The translations under genes were made by a program, and so were the position numbers. A stretch of 64,000 bases of DNA from assembly GCA_002429485.1 (NCBI GenBank), contig DIZX01000009.1, positions 5,461 to 69,460 on the forward strand, read 5' to 3'. How positions within the stretch are numbered: position 1 is the stretch's first letter; the number at the start of each line of letters is the position of its first letter. This document shows positions 8,902 through 18,318 of the stretch, piece after piece. The notes under the pieces are model-generated. The model was not told where the DNA came from and searched no databases. It worked only from the letters and a program-made list of their open reading frames with translations. The DNA is from Patescibacteria group bacterium UBA6017 (GTDB taxonomy: Bacteria; Patescibacteriota; Saccharimonadia; UBA4664).

Positions 8902-9792
8902 ATGAAGGTTGGCGGATCTATGCTCCGTGTGTTCGCCGGGGTAATTATTTTGTGCGTGGTTGCGGTTGGTGCTGTCTGGCTCTTTTCAAGTACCTCATCG
9001 GCAGAACCCCCGGTGCAAAACGCTCATGTTACGATCAGCTGCGTCAACGACGCAAACAACCCGACCTGCGAAAAACCATTGCACCCATCAGGCGAGCGGA
9101 TTACGCAGATAGACGGTTTGACCGGACTTGAAGCCGCCGATCTTTGTGCTGACGGGTACAACGAATGGTGGTCCGATAATCAGGGTCACAAGAGCCCGTC
9201 ATGCTATGGGTTTGACGATACTCTCGCCGGCGGATTGGCTTCGCCTTACTTCGTCGCCCCTAAAAAGGCGGGAAAATGGATCATCAACTGGCAGATGACA
9301 TCGCCGGATGGAAAGACCGTGATGCAGGGCAGCGATACGGAGATGGTCTACGACAAAAACACCGTCTACCTGCCCGACAAGGCCGTTCCTCCGACGAAAA
9401 CCCAAGTTCCGGACAACGTAACATTGGTTTGCCTGGAGCAGAAAACCATTGATCTGACGAAATGCGGGAGTAGCCTAGCTACCGAGGTTGGCGACATATC
9501 GTTGGGTTTCAAAGGGACATCTCTTGCCGCTATCGCCTCGCTTTGCAGCGAAGGCTACACGGTGCAGTGGACCGACAATCACGGCCGGCGACTGTCGGCT
9601 GACGGTATGGCCACTAGTGCCGACACCCCGGTTGACAGCTGCATGTCGGCCCGCGACGTTGCCAGCGAATATCATCCTCGTTTTGTTCCGCCAATGACGA
9701 CGGGGCCTTGGGTGATCATATGGAGACTGTTGTCTCCGTCAGGCAAAGTTGTAGTTGAAGCAGATTATGAGGCAACAGTGGTTGCTCCGTAA
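8902..9792 (+). CDS. secreted or membrane-anchored protein with an internal tandem duplication of a ~95-aa Cys-containing domain
   Basis: Start re-picked at the ATG with RBS (MKVGGSMLRVFAGVIILCVVAVGAVWLF signal/anchor). The two halves share C..GY..(W/Q)W(S/T)DN.GH......G...AG.......P...GPW(V/I)I.W...SP.GK.V. Confidence 0.6.
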   Translation: MKVGGSMLRVFAGVIILCVVAVGAVWLFSSTSSAEPPVQNAHVTISCVNDANNPTCEKPLHPSGERITQIDGLTGLEAADLCADGYNEWWSDNQGHKSPSCYGFDDTLAGGLASPYFVAPKKAGKWIINWQMTSPDGKTVMQGSDTEMVYDKNTVYLPDKAVPPTKTQVPDNVTLVCLEQKTIDLTKCGSSLATEVGDISLGFKGTSLAAIASLCSEGYTVQWTDNHGRRLSADGMATSADTPVDSCMSARDVASEYHPRFVPPMTTGPWVIIWRLLSPSGKVVVEADYEATVVAP

Positions 9793-9947
9793 TTTCAATT
9801 CAGGCGCTGAATTCCTGGCGCTTCTTGCTCTGTTTTTTCGATGGGTCCCGATCTCGGGGCCCAAGCCACTTTTTTAGGTGGGACCCTCGCTACGGCGGGG
9901 GTTTTTACTTTTGATGGTTATGTTTCGAAATGCGCTAAGATTGAAAA

Positions 9948-10325
9948 ATGGTACATGTTACAGATGAGGAATTTAAGCAGATGGTCCAGGAGGCGGTGAG
10001 GGCAATCCCGAAGCGGTTCGCGAGCCATCTGGATAACGTGGCATTTATGGTGGCGGATGAACCGTCGCAGGAGCAGCTGAGAGCCGGCGGCATATTGCAC
10101 GGACATATGACATTGCTGGGTCTATATGAGGGCATTCCCCTGCCTCGTCGCAACAACGGTTATTCGGGGGTATTACCCGATGTGATAACGGTGTTTAAGC
10201 GACCGCATGAGGCTATGGCACCTGATATCGATAGTTTGCGCCAGGAGGTGCATCAAACGGTGTGGCACGAGGTGGCACACTATTTTGGTTTGAATCATGG
10301 CCAGATAAATGCGCTCGAAGATTAA
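9948..10325 (+). CDS. zincin-like metallopeptidase family protein (DUF1025/Zincin_1-like)
   Basis: C-terminal HEVAHYFGLNHGQ (HExxHxxG zinc motif) and characteristic N-terminus MVHVTDEEFKQMVQEA...IPKRF...LDNVAFMVADEP. Confidence 0.65.
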   Translation: MVHVTDEEFKQMVQEAVRAIPKRFASHLDNVAFMVADEPSQEQLRAGGILHGHMTLLGLYEGIPLPRRNNGYSGVLPDVITVFKRPHEAMAPDIDSLRQEVHQTVWHEVAHYFGLNHGQINALED

Positions 10326-10664
10326 CCCGGTATTATCCTGCTGCGACATTTTACCCACTAGTCGTAAATAGAATAGTTTCGACCCACTAAACATTACTAC
10401 GACACTTAGCGCCGAATAATAACAGATAGCGATGGCATAATTTAGCGGTTATGTTAATGGGTTTAAGCATAAGCAGTATGAGCATATAAACTAGTCAATA
10501 CTCCTAATGCTTCGCCGTAAACATTGATCAATTTTTGTAAGAATGCATTATTGCATGATTATTTATTTGCTGTAGCGTGCCTCTTTGTGTGAAGAAATTT
10601 GTTGTGGTGGGTTAGCAATTCTTGATTGAAAGTTATTCCCCCCGCGTTTAATCGGAAGGATAGT

Positions 10665-11297
10665 ATGAATAAATTAGTTATCTCGGCTCTTGGGGGTATT
10701 GGTATTGCCTTTTCCCTGGGAACTCCAGCGTTGGCGGCAAGTTCGCCGACGCCGAAGCCACAGACTAAGGCGGAGATTTCATCCAAGAAGTCGGCTGATG
10801 TGCCGGCACCTAAAGTACACGTGGTAGCCCCGGGAGACAGCCTGTCCTCGATCGCTGATGCTGAGAAGCTGGCGAGCTGGCGGCCGATGTGGGATGCAAA
10901 TGCCGACGTGCAGAACCCGGATCTGGTTTACGCCGGACAGAAGTTGGTAGTACCGACTATTCCTGTCGCAGAACGTCCCTTGCCTGCCGGAGTCATTGTG
11001 CAGGACGTTGCACCGGTAGCTAGCGGAAACGTACAGCGCCGCAGCGTGTCAGCAGCCAACTACTCCGCCGGATCTGGTGGTTGGGCGGCCGGAGTACGTC
11101 AGCGCGAATCTGGCGGCAACTATGCCACCAACACCGGCAACGGTTATTACGGCGCTTATCAGTTTAGCGCCGGTACGTGGGCGAGTGTCGGCGGCACAGG
11201 ACTGCCATCAAATGCTTCTCCCGCCGAGCAGGATGCCCGCGCCCAGTTGCTCTACAACCAACGTGGTTGTAGCCCATGGCCAAATACCTGTAGGTAA
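10665..11297 (+). CDS. secreted LysM domain plus Rpf-type (resuscitation-promoting-factor-like) transglycosylase
   Basis: Signal peptide MNKLVISALGGIGIAFSLGTPALAAS. LysM HVVAPGDSLSSIAD...YAGQKLVVP. Rpf domain ESGGNYATNTGNGYYGAYQFSAGTWASVGG...AEQDARAQLLYNQRGCSPWPNTC. Start re-picked at the ATG with RBS GGAAGGA. Confidence 0.8.
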   Translation: MNKLVISALGGIGIAFSLGTPALAASSPTPKPQTKAEISSKKSADVPAPKVHVVAPGDSLSSIADAEKLASWRPMWDANADVQNPDLVYAGQKLVVPTIPVAERPLPAGVIVQDVAPVASGNVQRRSVSAANYSAGSGGWAAGVRQRESGGNYATNTGNGYYGAYQFSAGTWASVGGTGLPSNASPAEQDARAQLLYNQRGCSPWPNTCR

Positions 11298-11312
11298 TTC
11301 TTCCGACAGGAG

Positions 11313-12107
11313 CTAAAGTTCAACTCGATCAATTTTGATCGGCTTACCATAGAGCCGTGCAGCCAGCTGCACGGCTTGGTCTGTTAGATCGGTTACCAAG
11401 AATTCCCGTGAGCGTTGTTTGGAAATAGTTAAGTCGAGGCCCGGATGAGCGATTAAGTACTGATGAACTTTGGCCGGAATGATCTCGTCCTGGGAAATTA
11501 TGGTTACTCCGTGCCCCATTTGGTCTGCAATGAGATGTTTGAACAGAGGGTAATGGGTGCAGCCGAGAATTAAAGTGTCAACACCGCCAAGCGGCCGAAG
11601 GTAGTCGGCGATGATTGGAGCAGCCCATTTGGTGGCGTCGTTTTCGACCAGCGGCACTAGTAAGGGTGCGGCGACGGAGGTTACCTGTACGTCCAGGAAC
11701 AGTTTCCCCAGTTCGCGGTCGAAGGCACCGGATGAGATGGTGGCATTGGTGGCCAATACTCCGATGCGGCCGGTCTTGGTGGCGGCGACGGCAGCCTCGG
11801 CAGCTGGAATCAGTACGCCGAGCACGGCCTTCCCCGGGTGATGCTTCGGGAGGTATTCGCCCTGAAGTTTGTGTAGCGCTTCAGCCGAGGCCGTATTGCA
11901 CGCCACTATCACAATGCCGCAGCCGCGGGCAAACAGATGATCGATAGCTGCACGGGTAAATTCGTAGATGGTGTCGTGGGAACGGTTGCCGTAGGGTACT
12001 CGAGCCGTGTCGCCGAGGTAAACATAGTCGTACTGGGGCAGTGCCTGCGTAAGGCTGTGGGTAATAATAAGCCCACCGAGTCCGGAGTCGAATATACCTA
12101 TCTTCAT
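11313..12107 (-). CDS. murI: glutamate racemase
   Basis: MKIGIFDSGLGG...VYLGDTARVPYG...IVIVACNTASA. The track N-terminal extension (11313..12227) is rejected in favour of the ATG at 12107. Confidence 0.85.
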   Translation of the reverse strand: MKIGIFDSGLGGLIITHSLTQALPQYDYVYLGDTARVPYGNRSHDTIYEFTRAAIDHLFARGCGIVIVACNTASAEALHKLQGEYLPKHHPGKAVLGVLIPAAEAAVAATKTGRIGVLATNATISSGAFDRELGKLFLDVQVTSVAAPLLVPLVENDATKWAAPIIADYLRPLGGVDTLILGCTHYPLFKHLIADQMGHGVTIISQDEIIPAKVHQYLIAHPGLDLTISKQRSREFLVTDLTDQAVQLAARLYGKPIKIDRVEL

Positions 12108-12147
12108 AAGGATAGATTTTAACAGATTTTGACGGGGATGTGACCGC

Positions 12148-12924
12148 GTGTCAGAATACCACCGTATGAACGTTGAGCTAAATAATCTGCGAGTGGTGGC
12201 GGTGGATGGCGGTACTGCCACCGGCAAAGGCCGGCTGATAGATGAGCTGGCTCAACTTTTGCGGCTCAAAGGTACTCCGGTGATTCACATTTCTACGGGA
12301 TCAATCTACCGGGCCGTGGCGCTAGTGGCGATTGAGGATGCCTCCGAGAAAGTGATGGGCCGAGCCGATATGGCGCCGCCGGATATAATTAAGGCGGCGC
12401 TGAAATTGGTGCGCGAGATGACGGCCGATAAATTGCTGGATCTGGTGCATACGCGCCAGATCGAGATGCACGGCGGTCAGGTGTGGATAGACGGGACGCT
12501 GGCGTCGGTGGATGATCAGCTCAAGGGTCCGGGAGTGGGCACGGGAGCTTCGATCGTGAGCGTTCCGTTGCCGGTGCGTGATTGGGTATCAGATATTGTT
12601 CGCCGCCAAATTAATGAGTTTGACGGTTTTGCTCTGATTGACGGGCGCGATATTGGGCACACGGTAGTTCCGGACGCGCCGCTTAAGCTACTCCTGACGG
12701 TGGCGCCGGAGGTGGCTGCCGAGCGTTCGCGTGAGCACACAATCGAGGAGATTATCGACCGCGACAGTCGTGACCGCGCCAAACAACACGGGGCACTCAA
12801 ACACCCGGATGATCCCGGTGAAGGGGTACTGGTCCTGGCTACCGATACGCACACACCGGAATCGGTGCGCGATCACGTATACGCGTTGATGCAGGGTATC
12901 TTTCGGGATCTACCATCGTTGTAG
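12148..12924 (+). CDS. cmk: cytidylate kinase-like (CMP kinase)
   Basis: P-loop AVDGGTATGKG, TGSIYRAVAL, DGRDIGHTVVPDAPLKLLLT and RDSRDRAK all match the Cmk pattern. The N-terminal P-loop is somewhat atypical. Divergent from murI. Confidence 0.65.
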   Translation: MSEYHRMNVELNNLRVVAVDGGTATGKGRLIDELAQLLRLKGTPVIHISTGSIYRAVALVAIEDASEKVMGRADMAPPDIIKAALKLVREMTADKLLDLVHTRQIEMHGGQVWIDGTLASVDDQLKGPGVGTGASIVSVPLPVRDWVSDIVRRQINEFDGFALIDGRDIGHTVVPDAPLKLLLTVAPEVAAERSREHTIEEIIDRDSRDRAKQHGALKHPDDPGEGVLVLATDTHTPESVRDHVYALMQGIFRDLPSL

Positions 12925-12994
12925 TAGGACGAGATGAGGCCAAGTGATTGCTCTTCACGTTGTCGAATGCATTAAATAGGATAAAATAGAATTC

Positions 12995-13996
12995 ATGAAA
13001 GTACTTGTGACTGGCGGTGCCGGCTATATCGGCACCCATACTGTAATCGAATTGTTGGCGGCAGGCATGGAGCCGGTGATAGTTGATAACTTCTCAAATA
13101 GCCATCCTGATGTGCTGGATAGGCTTGAGCAGATTAGCGGAACAAAAGTGCGGTGCTACGATGTGGATGCGTGCGACTCGCGGGCTCTGGGCGATGTATT
13201 CGAGAAAGAACGCCCGGATACGGTAATACATTTTGCGGGTCTAAAGGCAGTTGGAGAATCGGTGGAGCAGCCACTCGCCTACTATCGCAATAATCTTTTG
13301 GCGGTGATCACGGTTGCGGAATCAATGTCAAAGTACGGCGTGCGCAATCTGGTATTTAGCTCGTCGGCGACAGTTTACGGCGACCCCGATCAGGTTCCGA
13401 TCCCCGAAGACGCGCCGCTTAGTGCCACCAATCCTTATGGCTGGACGAAGTTTATGGGAGAGCAGATATTGCGCGACGTGGCATTGGCTGACTCCAAACG
13501 CCGGATCACCATATTAAGATACTTTAATCCCGTGGGAGCGCACGAGAGCGGGCTGATCGGCGAAGATCCGTTGGGCCCACCGAACAATCTCATGCCAATG
13601 ATCGCCCAGGTGGCGACCGGTCAGCGCGAGCGCTTGAACGTATACGGCAATGATTATCCTACTCAGGATGGTACTGCCGTACGTGATTATATTCATGTGG
13701 TGGATCTGGCGAAGGCGCACGTGCGGGCGCTCGAACATCAGATTGGTACTTCCGGCATTGATACCTACAACTTGGGTGCCGGCAAGGGTTATTCGGTGCT
13801 GGAAATGGTTGCCGCCTTCGAGAAGGCCTCGGGCAAGACTATTGGGTACAAGATTGTTGATCGCCGCGCCGGCGACGTGGCAGTGTGCTTTGCGGACACT
13901 TCGCTGGCGGCGCGAGAACTGGGCTGGGAGGCCATGAAGACACTGGCTGACATGTGCGCGGACGCATGGCGCTGGCAGTCGCGGAACATTAAATAG
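12995..13996 (+). CDS. galE: UDP-glucose 4-epimerase
   Basis: MKVLVTGGAGYIGTHT Rossmann motif, the S...YxxxK triad (SSSATVYG, YGWTK), 333 aa. Confidence 0.85.
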   Translation: MKVLVTGGAGYIGTHTVIELLAAGMEPVIVDNFSNSHPDVLDRLEQISGTKVRCYDVDACDSRALGDVFEKERPDTVIHFAGLKAVGESVEQPLAYYRNNLLAVITVAESMSKYGVRNLVFSSSATVYGDPDQVPIPEDAPLSATNPYGWTKFMGEQILRDVALADSKRRITILRYFNPVGAHESGLIGEDPLGPPNNLMPMIAQVATGQRERLNVYGNDYPTQDGTAVRDYIHVVDLAKAHVRALEHQIGTSGIDTYNLGAGKGYSVLEMVAAFEKASGKTIGYKIVDRRAGDVAVCFADTSLAARELGWEAMKTLADMCADAWRWQSRNIK

Positions 13997-13998
13997 TG

Positions 13999-15063
13999 AT
14001 GCGCCAAGTTGCCTCGATGTTGGCGTCATTAAAGTGGCCGGCTGTTGTACTTGTTTTCGGAATTGTTGCGGCCTGGATAGTCGGAGGGCCGGCTCAGGCA
14101 TTGGTGGTTACTATCCTATGCATTCTCGAAGTATCGCTGTCATTCGATAATGCGGTGATAAATGCGACTGTCCTGCGTCGTCTCAATGGTTATTGGCGGA
14201 AGATATTCCTGACGGTGGGAATGTTGATTGCGGTCGTTGGGATGCGGTTGGTATTTCCGGTTGCAATAGTAGCGGTGACGGCAAAGCTGAGCTTTGGCGC
14301 CGTGATCGATCTGATATTGCTTCATCCGCTCGAATACGCTCATCAGCTTGAACTGGCGCATCCCTCGATCGCGGCCTTTGGCGGCATGTTTTTATTGATG
14401 ATATTCCTGGATTTTGTGCTCGACGAGGCCAAGCGGGTGCATTGGATCGCTGTTATTGAGGAGCCTTTATCCCAAGGCGGACGCCTGAAGACGCTGTCGA
14501 CGCTAATTGCGCTAATGCTGCTGCTAGTGGTGTGTAGCACTTGGGGTCAACAGGAAGCTGAGCTGGTTCTGAGCTCCGGAGTGGTTGGCATCGTGACGTA
14601 TCTGGCGGTGCGTGGATTTAGCCAATTGTTTGAGAATTTGGGCGGGGTGTCGCTGGAGGAATCTGGTAAGCATCGTAACGGCGGCGAAGTTATTCTTCTG
14701 GCGGGGCGGGCCGCTTTTTTTCTGTTCTTGTATCTGGAGGTGCTCGATGCATCGTTTTCGTTTGACGGGGTCGTGGGGGCATTCGCAATCACGAGCAATG
14801 TACTGACGATCACGCTGGGCCTTGGTATCGGGGCGTTCTTTGTGCGGGAATTGACGATTTGGCTGGTCCGGCACGACACCCTGAGCGAGTTTGTATACCT
14901 GGAACATGGAGCTCACTACGCGGTCGGGGCGCTGGCAGTGCTGTTGGCGGCGAGTCTAAAATACGATATCCCACAGGCCGTTACGGGCTTAGTGGGAGTG
15001 GTATTTATCGTGCTTTCGCTAGTTTCGAGCCTGAATCATCGTAACCGGCGAGCGGTTGTCTAA
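13999..15063 (+). CDS. TerC/DUF475-family integral membrane protein
   Basis: Multi-TM protein with E-SLSFDNAVINA and LEVLDASFSFDGV repeats (LSxDNxxV motif). The ATG at 13999 overlaps the galE stop. Confidence 0.55.
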   Translation: MRQVASMLASLKWPAVVLVFGIVAAWIVGGPAQALVVTILCILEVSLSFDNAVINATVLRRLNGYWRKIFLTVGMLIAVVGMRLVFPVAIVAVTAKLSFGAVIDLILLHPLEYAHQLELAHPSIAAFGGMFLLMIFLDFVLDEAKRVHWIAVIEEPLSQGGRLKTLSTLIALMLLLVVCSTWGQQEAELVLSSGVVGIVTYLAVRGFSQLFENLGGVSLEESGKHRNGGEVILLAGRAAFFLFLYLEVLDASFSFDGVVGAFAITSNVLTITLGLGIGAFFVRELTIWLVRHDTLSEFVYLEHGAHYAVGALAVLLAASLKYDIPQAVTGLVGVVFIVLSLVSSLNHRNRRAVV

Positions 15064-15437
15064 AGCAGCTTGGCGATGATGCTGGCGAGTTGGCTCGGGA
15101 CGATGTCGGCCTTGATGATGTATCCGTCGGCTTGGGCCTTGAGAGCTTCCTGGCTGGTCTTGTCTTGGGCTAGGTTGGTGAGGATCACAATCTTGGTATC
15201 GGGGTTGCCGCTGCCGTCGGTCCCGCGCAATTCATTCAGTACCTCGATGCCGGTCTTTTCGGGCATCATGATATCGAGCAAAATCAAATCGTAGTGTTTG
15301 GCGTTTGCCTTACGCAGGCCTTCGGCGCCGTTGTAGGCAAATTCCACGTGATACCCTTCGCGCTCGAGGACTCGCGAATACATTTCGGCGATAGGTTTAT
15401 CGTCTTCAACGAACAGGATTATTTTTGATCCAGCCAT
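15060..15437 (-). CDS. single-domain response regulator (receiver only), paralog of 155..526
   Basis: KIILFVEDD...DLILLDIMMP...KIVILTN, 125 aa. Overlaps the upstream kinase by 32 nt. Confidence 0.85.
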   Translation of the reverse strand: MAGSKIILFVEDDKPIAEMYSRVLEREGYHVEFAYNGAEGLRKANAKHYDLILLDIMMPEKTGIEVLNELRGTDGSGNPDTKIVILTNLAQDKTSQEALKAQADGYIIKADIVPSQLASIIAKLL

Positions 15438-16941
15438 GTGCTCCCCTCGTTATGGTTCTCTTATTATCATCTTTAACAACATTAGTGGCAACAGTGTGCA
15501 GCGGCAGGATAAAGGTGAAGGTACTGCCCTCGCCCTCGACCGACTCAACGGAAATGCTGCCGCCGTGAGCTTCCATGATGGATTTACATATATATAATCC
15601 CAGTCCGGTGCCTCGAGTCGCAGATTTTAGCTCATCTACTCGGTAAAATCTCGTAAATAGGTGCGGCAGGGCATGATTTGGGATGCCGGAACCATTGTCG
15701 GTGATGGCGGTTTCTATACTGGTGCGGCGGGCCGTGACGGTGATGTCGATGCGGCCGGTGCCCGGCTGAGTGTGGGTGATGGCATTTGAGACCAGATTGT
15801 CGATAACCTCCTTGAGGGCCGATTCGTCGGCCAGAATTAGCAGAGGCTGTTTGGGGAGAGTGATGGTAATGATGCGATCTTGTTGGGTCCCTCGTTCCTT
15901 GATGTTCTCGGCGGAGTCCATGAGGAAGCTCCGGTAGTCGATCACTTCGGACTGATAGCTGATTTCACCGTGTTCGATGCGGGCGACGTTGAGCAGGTTG
16001 TGCATCAGGTCGCCTAATTGGCTGGCGCTGGTCATGGCCTGGCCAAGAAACTTTTGCTGGGTCTTGGTGAGACCCTTGGCCTCGGTATGGAGGATATCCA
16101 GATAACCCTTAATCTCGGTGAGGGGGGTTCGCAGCTCGTGAGCAGCCAGTGCAACGAAGTCGATTTTCATTTCTTCCAGCTGATTGGACTTTGTCAGGTC
16201 ATGAAAAGTCACCAATGCCGCAATGCCATTGGGGTCATCTTTGAGCACGACGGCTTCGACGTTTACGGTCAGGCTATGGCCGTCCGCACGGTAAAGTTCG
16301 AGCCCTTTCCATTGGCCGACTTTGTGCTCGGCACCCGAGCCGAGGGCGAGCCAGCGGGTCATTATTAACTCGCCATTTGAGCGGAAGGGCATCACTTTTT
16401 CGGCTAACTGTCCGGCTACCTCGGTGATGGTGCGGCCGGTAATTTCGCAGGCGGCTTTATTGAAGAGCACGATTCGTCCGCTGCGATCGAGGGCGAACAC
16501 GCCGTCGGACATCGAGTTGAGCACGCTGTGGAGCTTCCCTCGTTCGGCTTTGATGAGATCGGTTTCACTGGAGGCCTGCGACAGGGTTTCTTCGAGTTTT
16601 CGAGCGACTTGTTCGAGAGCTACATTGATTTCGGCGAATTCGCCGCTCCCCTTGATGTTGAACTGACGGCTGAAATCGCCGACGGCGAGGCGGTGGATGG
16701 CTCGATGAATCTCGCGGACGGGCCGAGCGAGAATCTCGGCGAAGATGAAGCTCAGGATGATGGCGGGAATAATGCCCAGCATCATTACCGGCAGCATGAA
16801 TGAATTGAAGTCCAGCAGCAAAAAGTTAAGAGTGTTGGTCGTAGTAAAGGCGTACCAAACCGCGCCCACGATCAGAGCGGGGATGATGGAGACAATAAAA
16901 AATAGGGCCAGAGTTTGGCGTCGGAATAGTTCTGATTTCAC
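15406..16941 (-). CDS. sensor histidine kinase (2 TM, HAMP, PAS, HisKA, HATPase_c)
   Basis: H-box AAHELRTPLTEIKGY; N-box DNLVSNAITHT; G-boxes DNGSGI and GTGLGLYICK. Confidence 0.85.
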   Translation of the reverse strand: MKSELFRRQTLALFFIVSIIPALIVGAVWYAFTTTNTLNFLLLDFNSFMLPVMMLGIIPAIILSFIFAEILARPVREIHRAIHRLAVGDFSRQFNIKGSGEFAEINVALEQVARKLEETLSQASSETDLIKAERGKLHSVLNSMSDGVFALDRSGRIVLFNKAACEITGRTITEVAGQLAEKVMPFRSNGELIMTRWLALGSGAEHKVGQWKGLELYRADGHSLTVNVEAVVLKDDPNGIAALVTFHDLTKSNQLEEMKIDFVALAAHELRTPLTEIKGYLDILHTEAKGLTKTQQKFLGQAMTSASQLGDLMHNLLNVARIEHGEISYQSEVIDYRSFLMDSAENIKERGTQQDRIITITLPKQPLLILADESALKEVIDNLVSNAITHTQPGTGRIDITVTARRTSIETAITDNGSGIPNHALPHLFTRFYRVDELKSATRGTGLGLYICKSIMEAHGGSISVESVEGEGSTFTFILPLHTVATNVVKDDNKRTITRGAHGWIKNNPVR

Positions 16942-16980
16942 GTAATAATTCTAATGCTTATCGGCTGACTTTGCCAGCTC

Positions 16981-17481
16981 GTGATACAATTGCTCACGAT
17001 ATTAAGAAAGGTAGTAATAGTGGCCACTCGGATTTTGGTTGTCATTGCATCGTTGGCAGTTGTTGGATTAATTATTGGAGCAGTAGTGGTATTGCAGGGC
17101 GGAGCATCGGCTCCGAGTTCCTCCCCCACTCCGACGCCGAGTGTCGCCTCAGCGAGCCCTTCGGCTGGTTTAGTGGTGACGGACGAGGTTGTGGGTACTG
17201 GGGCGGTCGCGGTAGCTACGAGCACCGTGAGCGCTAAATACACCGGCACCCTGGCGGATGGTACGGTATTTGATTCGACCGATAAGCACGGCGGACAGGC
17301 TATTGAATTCCCTCTTAGTAATGTTATCAAGGGCTGGCAGCAGGGAATCCCCGGCATGAAGGTTGGCGGCAAGCGTAAGCTGGTGATCCCGCCGGAACTC
17401 GGCTACGGCGCACAGGGTACGGGCGGAATTCCTCCGAACGCCACGCTGACGTTTGAAATTGAGCTGACTGCCGTTAAATAA
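16981..17481 (+). CDS. membrane-anchored FKBP-type peptidyl-prolyl cis-trans isomerase
   Basis: An N-terminal TM is followed by YTGTLADGTVFDSS...IKGWQQGIPGMKVGGKRKLVIPPELGYG...LTFEIEL. Confidence 0.8.
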   Translation: MIQLLTILRKVVIVATRILVVIASLAVVGLIIGAVVVLQGGASAPSSSPTPTPSVASASPSAGLVVTDEVVGTGAVAVATSTVSAKYTGTLADGTVFDSTDKHGGQAIEFPLSNVIKGWQQGIPGMKVGGKRKLVIPPELGYGAQGTGGIPPNATLTFEIELTAVK

Positions 17482-17618
17482 CGGTTAGTTCGATATTGTT
17501 ACGTGCCCGCGCGGACTCGCAGGATGAATTCAAAACGTTGACAGTACAACGGATGAAATTTTTCGATCGGGTAGAGTTCGGCTTTGAATGCAGACTGCGA
17601 GCCGCTAGGGCGCTGATT

Positions 17619-18251
17619 CTAATCCTGGCGGTGAAGCTCGCAGTAGGCGGGGTTGTGGCCGGTGGCGCAGAGGCTATAGCCCACGACGGCGGCAATGTCG
17701 CCCTCGGTGGGTCTAAGTAGGCCGGTGGGACCGGCGGCGACTCGGAGTTCGACGGGGATGGTGCCGCGGCTGAGATTATCAATTTGGACGAAGGAGCCGC
17801 GCGAGAGATCGATGATGCGGCCCGTCCAGACTTCGGGGCCGTAGTCGTTCACCCGACAGATCATGGTGTGGCCGTTTTCGAGGTCTTTGACGAGCAGATA
17901 GGTGCCGCGGGGAAAAGTGCGGGAGGCGCAGGTGAGCGCGTCGGGTTGGGGTAAGCCGAGGGCATACCAAGAACCGCGTCCGGTCATGGCGGCGGGTCCG
18001 GAAGCGGACCCGGGCGCGGGCGCGGAGGCGAGTTTTACGGGGGCTTCGATTTTGACCCCGCCGGCGCCGGTACTGTGGACGGTGAGGTTAATCATCGGCT
18101 TATTGAGGGTAATGGCGTAGGCTAGTGAGCCAGTAGAGATCGTGGCGAGCAGCACCAGAAAAGATCTCAAGATGTGCTTGGAGGTTTTGCGCTTCACCAG
18201 CTTTTTCTTGGTGAGTACGTGCAGGATGCGGCGTTTTGTTTTGGCTTTCAT
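17619..18251 (-). CDS. RlpA-like double-psi beta-barrel lipoprotein (putative lytic transglycosylase)
   Basis: GRGSWYA...TCASRTFPRGTYLLVKDLENGHTMICRVNDYGP resembles the RlpA DPBB domain. Basic N-terminus plus a TM segment. Confidence 0.55.
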   Translation of the reverse strand: MKAKTKRRILHVLTKKKLVKRKTSKHILRSFLVLLATISTGSLAYAITLNKPMINLTVHSTGAGGVKIEAPVKLASAPAPGSASGPAAMTGRGSWYALGLPQPDALTCASRTFPRGTYLLVKDLENGHTMICRVNDYGPEVWTGRIIDLSRGSFVQIDNLSRGTIPVELRVAAGPTGLLRPTEGDIAAVVGYSLCATGHNPAYCELHRQD

Positions 18252-18318
18252 GGCGTTTTTTGGCGAACGTTATTGAACCCTTTTTACCATAACCGAGATG
18301 GCTGGTCAAACTTCAGCG

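Noticed and set aside
12108-12227. N-terminal extension of murI (MPVAVPPSTATTRRLF...)
   Set aside because: The conserved glutamate racemase N-terminus MKIGIFDSGLGG starts at the ATG at 12107. The extension would overlap the divergent cmk promoter region.
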